Source: a virus
IMG/VR virus record: IMGVR_UViG_3300026097_000008
Location: 90,977 to 154,976 of that record
DNA: 64,000 nt
Reading direction: 5' to 3' (one strand)
Below, one piece after another: positions 57,236 through 64,000 of the stretch (its first letter is position 1; the number at the start of each line of letters is the position of its first letter). Under the pieces are notes generated by a model, which had not been told where the DNA came from, searched no databases, and saw only the letters and a list, made by a program, of their open reading frames with translations. A program made the position numbers and the translations under genes.

Positions 57236-59344
57236 ATGGCATATACAATACAATTTACTGACAGTTCTAACAAAGATCCTATTGTAGTTGAAGATCAAAC
57301 AATTAATACTGAAACTACAATAGGCTTCCCTGGCAAGAATTCGACAGGTTATGGACAAGTTATTGCAGAAGATTTATTGCATTTACTAGAAAATTTTGCA
57401 AGTCCAACAGAGCCTAGTCGTCCTGTAGAAGGACAACTATGGTATAATAATGACACCAATCAATTATTAATTTATGATAGTACTAATTGGGTTCCAGCAG
57501 GTGGTCTAAGAAAAAGCATAAATCAGCCAGATCCTGTAGAAGCATTAGACGGTGATCTTTGGGTAGATACAGATAACCAGCAACTTTACCTATTCTCCGG
57601 GTCAACATGGATACTTGTAGGGCCTACATTTAGTGAAGGTCTTTCAACAGGAACGTTTCCTACTACTATTGTAGGACAAGATAACATAGAATATACTGTT
57701 TTAGAAGTACAAGTTAAGGCACAAGTAGTAGCAATAATAGCATTTGATACATTTGTACCTAAAGCAACAATAACTGGATTTGCGGCAACAACAATTCGTC
57801 CCGGTATTAATCTAGCAACAAGAGATACCGACGGTGACGGACAAAATAATGTAAAGTTTTTTGGTACCGCAGAAAAAGCGGAAAGCCTTATTGTAAATAA
57901 TTTATCTGTACCTGCAGGAAACTTTTTACGAGGTGATGCAGAATCAACAACTACTTTTCCTTTAAACATTCAGAACAATAGTGGTATTGCATACGGTATT
58001 AATGCTGAAATGAATATTGGTATTGAAGGTAGTGCAGGTGTTATACAACATAATATTGAAGGATCAAATGTTGATGTAAGGGTAAGAAATGCAGGCTCAA
58101 GTAGCACCGTTCTTAGAGTTGATTCTAATTTAAGAGTTGGTATAAACAATGTAGCACCGGACGAAGCTTTAGATGTCACTGGAAATCTTTTAACAAGTGG
58201 TACTATTAGAACAAACGATACAACAGAGAGTACTACCATTAGTAATGGAGCATTAATTGTTAAAGGCGGCGCAGGTATTGCAAAAAGTCTTAATGTAGGA
58301 GAAAATGTTCTAATACAAAAAACACTTACATTAGGAAATGTTGATCTTACAGTTGATGCTGAGGATAGTGATGTATTACTACCCGATAGCAATAATACTA
58401 GAGATATAGGTAGAAATGATCTACGCTTCCGTAGGATGTATGCGACTACATTTATTGGAAACTTAGAAGGGATTGTAAGTGGTAATGTTTCAGGAAAAGC
58501 AGGAAGTGCTGATAGATTAACATCTGCAACAACTTTCCGTTTGCAAGGAGATGTAGAAACTGTAGAAAATAGCTTTGATGGCCAGACAGGCGGCGGACTT
58601 AAGGAATTCAATGTTTCGATATCAAACAGTATTATTTCTGGCAAAGAACAAATTACAACAAGTCAAGCAGATGATGATTTTATTATTAATAGAACCACTG
58701 GTGATACCGGCTTAAAACGTATATCACGCTCAAGTTTATTTAATAGTATAAGTGGCCTTACTCCGATAGGCAGTATAATGCCCTATGCCGGCACAGCCGA
58801 GCCTGCAGGATGGAAATTTTGTAATGGACAAGAATTATCACAAGGCTTATTCGAAGCCTTATTTGAGATAATAGGATTTACATACGCTCCAGAAATTGAA
58901 GTGACCGCAGGATTTTTTGCTGTACCGGACTTAAGAGGTAGGTTTCCATTAGGTAATTTAGCAATGGGAGGATCTGCTCCAGGAGTGACTACACCGGATC
59001 ATAGAACTAGAGGAACGAATGCCCAAACTTTAGGAGCAGCCGACGGAAGCGACGATGTTGAAATCGGCGTAGATAACTTGCCTGAACACCAGCATGATAT
59101 GAAAGACCCTGCGGGTAGACAATTCTTTGCTGTGCGTGAATCTGTAGGTACTGGAGATAAGCCGTTAGGCGTATCAGATTCGAAATTTGTAGATGGTGCT
59201 GACGATCTTTCAGAAAGATTGTCTAATTCGGGTGGGATAGATGTAGATGCAGCAGGAGTGACATCAACTGGCAACGCACTTGATATTGCAAATCCGTATC
59301 AAACTATTAACTATATTATATATACAGGACGAGTAGGAACATGA
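57236..59344 (+). CDS. Tail fibre with tail-collar domain (702 aa)
   Basis: Collar motif 'PIGSIMPYAG..EPAGWKFCNGQ...VPDLRGRFPLG', 'NLPEHQH', 'NPYQTINYII'. Confidence 0.85.
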   Translation: MAYTIQFTDSSNKDPIVVEDQTINTETTIGFPGKNSTGYGQVIAEDLLHLLENFASPTEPSRPVEGQLWYNNDTNQLLIYDSTNWVPAGGLRKSINQPDPVEALDGDLWVDTDNQQLYLFSGSTWILVGPTFSEGLSTGTFPTTIVGQDNIEYTVLEVQVKAQVVAIIAFDTFVPKATITGFAATTIRPGINLATRDTDGDGQNNVKFFGTAEKAESLIVNNLSVPAGNFLRGDAESTTTFPLNIQNNSGIAYGINAEMNIGIEGSAGVIQHNIEGSNVDVRVRNAGSSSTVLRVDSNLRVGINNVAPDEALDVTGNLLTSGTIRTNDTTESTTISNGALIVKGGAGIAKSLNVGENVLIQKTLTLGNVDLTVDAEDSDVLLPDSNNTRDIGRNDLRFRRMYATTFIGNLEGIVSGNVSGKAGSADRLTSATTFRLQGDVETVENSFDGQTGGGLKEFNVSISNSIISGKEQITTSQADDDFIINRTTGDTGLKRISRSSLFNSISGLTPIGSIMPYAGTAEPAGWKFCNGQELSQGLFEALFEIIGFTYAPEIEVTAGFFAVPDLRGRFPLGNLAMGGSAPGVTTPDHRTRGTNAQTLGAADGSDDVEIGVDNLPEHQHDMKDPAGRQFFAVRESVGTGDKPLGVSDSKFVDGADDLSERLSNSGGIDVDAAGVTSTGNALDIANPYQTINYIIYTGRVGT

Positions 59345-61254
59345 GCTATCAAATAAACAAAACAAATGGCGAATTATTAACAGAACTAGTAGATGGCTCA
59401 ATAGATACAAGTAGTACTGATCTTACACTTGTAGGAAGAAATTACAAAGGCTACGGTGAAGCCTTCAATGAAAACTTTATATCTTTATTAGAAAATTTTG
59501 CTAGCACAAGTGCTCCTAGTAATCCACTAAGTGGACAACTTTGGTTCGATCTTAGCGATGACAGACTAAAAATTTATGATGGATCTGCGTTTAGAACAGC
59601 AGGAGGTCCTATAGTATCTCCTGATCAACCTACTAATCAAGTTACTGGTGACTTATGGATCGATAATACTGAGAAAAAGCTATACATGTGGGACGGCACA
59701 GTTTGGACTCTTGTAGGGCCAACATTTACGTCAGGACAAGGCAAGACCGTATTCGAAGCTGAAACTATGGTTGATACCTCAGGAACACAGAGAACTGTTC
59801 TTGCTTTGTATATCGGCGGAGTACTAGCAGGAATATTAAGTAGACAAGAGTTTACACCGGCTAGTGCGTATGTAATACCCCCGTATGCAGAAGGAAGAGC
59901 AATCAAAGTTGGTTTTAATCCTGTAGAAACTGCTACATTTAAATATCAAGGAACTGCAACTTCTGCAGAATCGTTGGTAAACGACCAAGGAGATCCGTTT
60001 ACTAGTGAAGACTTTGTGCGTACAAATGAACGAGACGGATCAAATAATATCGTTGATCAATCTATGCTAGGAGCACTTTTTGTAAAAGGTGAAGATGGTG
60101 TTCAAGTGGGTATAGGCGACACAATTTATGCAAAATTTAATGTTCCTAGCACCAATACTACCAGCGTTATTCAAACTACTCAGACAAATTATGACTTTGC
60201 TATCAGGGTTCGTCAAGGTAGTGATAATATAGATGCTATTACTGTTGACACTAGCTCGTCTAGCGTGGGGATATTTAATTCAACGCCTAGCTTTAACTTA
60301 GATGTCACAGGCACTGGACGATTTACTGGAGATGTCACAATTGACGGGAATCTATTGGTTCAAGGCGATACAAGTTATTTTAATGTAAGTACTCTTAGGG
60401 TTGAAGATCCTAATATAGAACTTGGACTTTTAGATGATAGTACAGAAGGTGATGATGTAAATGCAGATGGCGGCGGCATCACATTACGTTCTACAAACGG
60501 TTCTAAAGATATACACTGGGTAAGAAGTACAGGAAATTGGACATCTAATCAAAACTTTGATCTAACTATAGGTAAAGAATTTAGAATTGAAAATACACAA
60601 GTTCTTAGTAAAACTCGTCTAGGAGATACTGTAGCAACTGCAAACGGATTAACTAGCATAGGTACACTTACATCATTAGCAGTGGCAGGCGATATCACAC
60701 TAGGTAGCGACATTATTAATGCTGGTGCAATGAATATTACCACAGGCGGAACTATTACACTTAATAATGTAAAAATCGCTGGATTAGATACTCCTACTGC
60801 CACAACAGACGCAACTAATAAATCTTATGTAGATAACGAAATTGCTACTATTCCAGTTAACTTTAGTTTAGATATTACCGCACTGAGTAATCCAAATATA
60901 CCCGGAGTTAGCGACGGACCCGTTAATGATGTAAAAAATATTTTAGATGACATATCACCAGTCACAACAGCTAATAATGGCACAATAGCAAGGATACATT
61001 GTGTATCCTATACAGCTTCTGCAGTAAGTGGGATTACAATTACTGTTGGCACTGATCCTGACACAACTAAAACTCTTACAAAATCTACTATTGCTGTTGA
61101 TAGTGCAGGCACACAAAATGAAAGCGTTATTCAAGACATTGTTGCATCTAATACTGTTTCAGGTACATTTACTCCTAGTCCGAGTAGATATACTATGACT
61201 TTCCAAGTTGTAGCAGGTGCATGGGCACACCAGAGTACAACGAATTATACGTAG
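59341..61254 (+). CDS. Tail fibre-like protein (637 aa), paralogous N-terminus
   Basis: 'LVGRNYKGYGE..NENF..LLENFA....P.NP..GQLWFD' shared with both neighbours. Confidence 0.75.
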   Translation: MSYQINKTNGELLTELVDGSIDTSSTDLTLVGRNYKGYGEAFNENFISLLENFASTSAPSNPLSGQLWFDLSDDRLKIYDGSAFRTAGGPIVSPDQPTNQVTGDLWIDNTEKKLYMWDGTVWTLVGPTFTSGQGKTVFEAETMVDTSGTQRTVLALYIGGVLAGILSRQEFTPASAYVIPPYAEGRAIKVGFNPVETATFKYQGTATSAESLVNDQGDPFTSEDFVRTNERDGSNNIVDQSMLGALFVKGEDGVQVGIGDTIYAKFNVPSTNTTSVIQTTQTNYDFAIRVRQGSDNIDAITVDTSSSSVGIFNSTPSFNLDVTGTGRFTGDVTIDGNLLVQGDTSYFNVSTLRVEDPNIELGLLDDSTEGDDVNADGGGITLRSTNGSKDIHWVRSTGNWTSNQNFDLTIGKEFRIENTQVLSKTRLGDTVATANGLTSIGTLTSLAVAGDITLGSDIINAGAMNITTGGTITLNNVKIAGLDTPTATTDATNKSYVDNEIATIPVNFSLDITALSNPNIPGVSDGPVNDVKNILDDISPVTTANNGTIARIHCVSYTASAVSGITITVGTDPDTTKTLTKSTIAVDSAGTQNESVIQDIVASNTVSGTFTPSPSRYTMTFQVVAGAWAHQSTTNYT

Positions 61255-61258
61255 GCGA

Positions 61259-61264
61259 TAAATA
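61259..61264 (+). promoter_or_regulatory. gp55-type late promoter (gATAAATA)
   Basis: Intergenic TAAATA. Confidence 0.6.
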
Positions 61265-61288
61265 CATTACGCAAGGGGTTTAACTAAC

Positions 61289-62794
61289 ATGGCTTATACT
61301 ATTGATAGATACAATAATGTCACACTAACTACTGTCGAAGACGGTACTATTGATCAAACTACTGATCTTAAATTAGTAGGAAAAAATTATGCAGGGTACG
61401 GTGAAATACAAAATGAAAACTTTGTATTTTTGCTAGAAAATTTTGCAGGCGGCAATGCTCCGCCTAAGGCAATTAGCGGACAAGTTTGGTTTGATAGTAA
61501 TAATTCAAAACTTAAATTTTATGACGGTAGTCAGTGGCGTACGACAGGCGGTGCTGAGATAAGTGCAACTGCTCCAAGCGGATTATCAACAGGTGACTTT
61601 TGGTGGGATACATCGAACGAACAGCTTTATGCCTATAACGGAAGCGACTTTGTCTTAGTAGGACCTCAAGATGCAGGCGAAGGCATTACACAGATGCAAA
61701 GCCGAACAGTTCGTGATACAACTGATACAGCTAGGTCTATAATTGTTGCTACTGTAAACGACGAAGTAATTTTTGTTATTAGCGGACAGGAATTTACAAT
61801 TGATAGTAGTGATGCTGAAAATGCGATTGCGGGATTTGATGTTGTCCGCCAAGGTGTAACTTTAAAAAATACAATTGATGCTACAAGCGGGGTCACAAGC
61901 GGCGCTCAGAGATTCTGGGGAACAGCATCTAACGCATTAAAACTAAATGGTATCGATGCAAGTAATTATGTAACTACAGGCGGAAGCTCTACAGATTTTA
62001 CAGAGTTGGTTAATATTCAAAACGATTCTGGTATAGCAATAGGATTAGGACTAGACCTAAAATTGTTTGTCGAAAATGACAACGAAGGCGTTATTCTAAA
62101 TAATGTAGGCACTAAACTTAAATTTAGAGCTAAACAAACAGGTACAAATTTAAATATTGTAGAAATGTCACCAGGAAGTGTTTTACCGGGCAGAAATGCT
62201 GCGGACACTGGCGTTAATACTGTAAATTTAGGTGCAAGTGGAAGTGAGTTTAATAATGTTTATGCTACTACATTTACAGGAACAGCCACACAAGCAAGTG
62301 CTCTTGTAGTCGGCGGAAGTGCAAGATCAGGTAATGTTGGATCAGCAGGAACAGGAACACCTAATACTGTAGCAGTAAGAGATTCAAGTGGCAACTTAAA
62401 TGCAGTACTATTTCAAGGAACGGCAACAAGCGCAAGATATGCTGACCTTGCAGAAAAATATACAACATCAGCAGAACTTGCGGTAGGAACAGCAGTAGCA
62501 GTTTGTGTCCATGAAACCCACGAAGTAGAGCCTGCTGTAGCAAGTCAAATGTGTATAGGTGTTGTATCGGCAGAACCTGCATACTTAATGAATTCGGATG
62601 CAGATGGTCAAGCAATAGGACTCAAAGGTCGAGTTCCTGTAAGAGTAAAAGGTCCAGTTAAGAAAGGCCAAGAAGTTTATGCTTGGGAAGAAGGCGTATG
62701 TAGCATAATTAAAACACAAGGACTAGTAGGAATCGCACTAGAATCTAATAGTGAAGAGTCAGAAAAATTAGTAGAATGTGTTTTAAAGGTATAA
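61289..62794 (+). CDS. Tail fibre with C-terminal intramolecular-chaperone (peptidase G2-like) domain (501 aa)
   Basis: Same N-terminal module; C-terminus 'YADLAEKY...IGVVS..PAYLMN...IGLKGRVPVRVKGPVKKG'. Confidence 0.75.
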   Translation: MAYTIDRYNNVTLTTVEDGTIDQTTDLKLVGKNYAGYGEIQNENFVFLLENFAGGNAPPKAISGQVWFDSNNSKLKFYDGSQWRTTGGAEISATAPSGLSTGDFWWDTSNEQLYAYNGSDFVLVGPQDAGEGITQMQSRTVRDTTDTARSIIVATVNDEVIFVISGQEFTIDSSDAENAIAGFDVVRQGVTLKNTIDATSGVTSGAQRFWGTASNALKLNGIDASNYVTTGGSSTDFTELVNIQNDSGIAIGLGLDLKLFVENDNEGVILNNVGTKLKFRAKQTGTNLNIVEMSPGSVLPGRNAADTGVNTVNLGASGSEFNNVYATTFTGTATQASALVVGGSARSGNVGSAGTGTPNTVAVRDSSGNLNAVLFQGTATSARYADLAEKYTTSAELAVGTAVAVCVHETHEVEPAVASQMCIGVVSAEPAYLMNSDADGQAIGLKGRVPVRVKGPVKKGQEVYAWEEGVCSIIKTQGLVGIALESNSEESEKLVECVLKV

Positions 62795-62795
62795 G

Positions 62796-62803
62796 TATAA
62801 ATA
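62796..62803 (+). promoter_or_regulatory. gp55-type late promoter (TATAAATA)
   Basis: Exact consensus, with AGGAG RBS downstream. Confidence 0.75.
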
Positions 62804-62832
62804 TATACGTAGTTAATTACAGGAGCTAAAGT

Positions 62833-63780
62833 ATGGCAAAAAATGCCGGTGATAAGATAACAGAATTAGATTATAATACCCTACAAAGTAATATTGCAGT
62901 CATCATGGGTACTCCTGCAGGAACTACAGATACTACAGCGACCGGTTATAATCAAGCATTGTCTAGTAGTCAGGTAAGTGTAGGCAATTCAGTCACTGAA
63001 GCACAATGGGATAATTTACGTACTGATATTACAAAAGCATATAAGCATCAATTTGGGTTGGATCCTACAATAACCAATGTTAGTAATGCAGACACTGTTG
63101 ATGCAACATTACACAATCAATACGAATCTCTTATTACAACAGTAAGTGGTGATCCTAACAGATACACTGTAAATGCTAGCACAGCAGGCGGTAGAGAAAC
63201 ACAAGTTTCAATTGTGACTGGTCAAACTGCACAATTAGGTGCAAATTGGAATGGTACACAAACACATCAATTTACTGCAACATTTAGTAGCTCAAACGAA
63301 CGCAGAGCTTTTTTTAATGCAGGCGGCACTATTAGAATTAATTTAACACTTGCATATACTGGCAGCGAGCAAAAAACATTAGACTGGCAAACAATGATGA
63401 GTGACTTAGGAACTATCGAGTTTGGCGTAAAAGAAACAACTGGCGGCGGCGGGTCTGCAATCGGTAATTATGATGCATCAGGAACTTTCCAAACTATTGC
63501 TGTAGAAAATGGCGCCAATCCTTATTCGGAAAACGATATTGCTGTCCAAGTCAAGTCTAATAGTGCAACACAATTAGAATTTGCAGTTATTTTAAGAGAT
63601 GATGACTCAGGTGACAGACCTGTGCCTAGCCCACCTCCACCATTTGGACCTCTGGTTGACGAAAACGTTCAAGGTACAACTACTAGTACAATTACAATTA
63701 AAAAACCAAACGGCTCCAACGTTAGTGTGCCTGCTCCAACAGTAGCAGCAGCCGCTGGCAATACATTCACTGTAGTATAA
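62833..63780 (+). CDS. Virion structural protein (315 aa)
   Basis: T/S/G-rich; 'ITELDYNTLQ', 'QWDNLRTDI..A..HQ', 'RAFFNAGG.I'; late promoter. Confidence 0.65.
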   Translation: MAKNAGDKITELDYNTLQSNIAVIMGTPAGTTDTTATGYNQALSSSQVSVGNSVTEAQWDNLRTDITKAYKHQFGLDPTITNVSNADTVDATLHNQYESLITTVSGDPNRYTVNASTAGGRETQVSIVTGQTAQLGANWNGTQTHQFTATFSSSNERRAFFNAGGTIRINLTLAYTGSEQKTLDWQTMMSDLGTIEFGVKETTGGGGSAIGNYDASGTFQTIAVENGANPYSENDIAVQVKSNSATQLEFAVILRDDDSGDRPVPSPPPPFGPLVDENVQGTTTSTITIKKPNGSNVSVPAPTVAAAAGNTFTVV

Positions 63781-63785
63781 TTCAC

Positions 63786-63814
63786 TTGACAAGCATATAA
63801 ACTTCTAGTATAAT
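63786..63814 (+). promoter_or_regulatory. Sigma70 consensus promoter
   Basis: Exact TTGACA-17 nt-TATAAT, then AGGAG RBS. Confidence 0.85.
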
Positions 63815-63837
63815 AATTACAATACTAGGAGTTTCTT

Positions 63838-64000
63838 ATGGACGAACGTTTAGAAAAAGCACTTGAATTTTCCAATTATATGATTACGTTGAACAATCAG
63901 CGAAAACTAATTCAAGAAAAATTTCAAGAAGAATCAATTCATTATTATAACGGCGGCAAGTTTTGTGTTAGTAGAGATTTAGTAGCATTTGTACAAAGCC
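63838..64000 (+). CDS. Hypothetical protein, partial (MDERLEKALEFSNYMITLNNQRKLIQEKF...)
   Basis: ATG after AGGAG; open to the window end. Confidence 0.7.
   Translation, partial: MDERLEKALEFSNYMITLNNQRKLIQEKFQEESIHYYNGGKFCVSRDLVAFVQS

Noticed and set aside
57586-62615. Minus-strand ORFs within tail fibre genes (e.g. 224 aa at 57970..58644)
   Set aside because: Antisense shadows with no independent signals.
1-64000. CRISPR array, transposase/integrase, DGR repeats, alternative genetic code
   Set aside because: No regularly spaced repeat-spacer array, no mobile-element or reverse-transcriptase ORF seen. Genes run full length in the standard code, with TAA, TAG and TGA all used as stops.

Overview
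This 64-kb window is AT-rich dsDNA from a large T4-like myophage and is mostly virion morphogenesis genes; host and taxon cannot be fixed from sequence alone. The left arm (minus strand) carries fibre/appendage-type virion proteins, including a >1199-aa ORF that runs off the window and is missing from the ORF track. It continues with the head module (gp23, gp22, gp21, acidic core protein, Maf/DUF115-like transferase, gp20 portal) and a tape-measure-like gene. The centre holds gp26 with a probable -1 frameshift extension, a predicted internal head protein, a GIY-YIG nuclease, gp46/gp47 and the late sigma factor gp55. The right arm (plus strand) is the baseplate/tail module: gp48/54-, gp53-, gp27- and gp5-like genes, gp25, gp6, a 5038-aa gp7-like protein and three paralogous fibres. 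Late genes are preceded by (N)TAAATA boxes and the non-structural genes by near-consensus sigma70 promoters. The most unusual signals are non-coding or recoding. (i) A ~470-nt ornate RNA-like element lies directly downstream of the GIY-YIG and Zn-finger genes, followed by a cluster of GAA/TTC-loop mini-hairpins. (ii) A stand-alone ~200-nt multi-hairpin RNA has its own promoter and terminator just after the capsid gene. (iii) Two late 5' leaders are structured, one cloverleaf-like and one pseudoknot-like. (iv) A double slippery site could fuse gp26 to a start-less 78-codon ORF. All product calls come from motif recognition and synteny; no database searches were run and all folds were worked out by eye.
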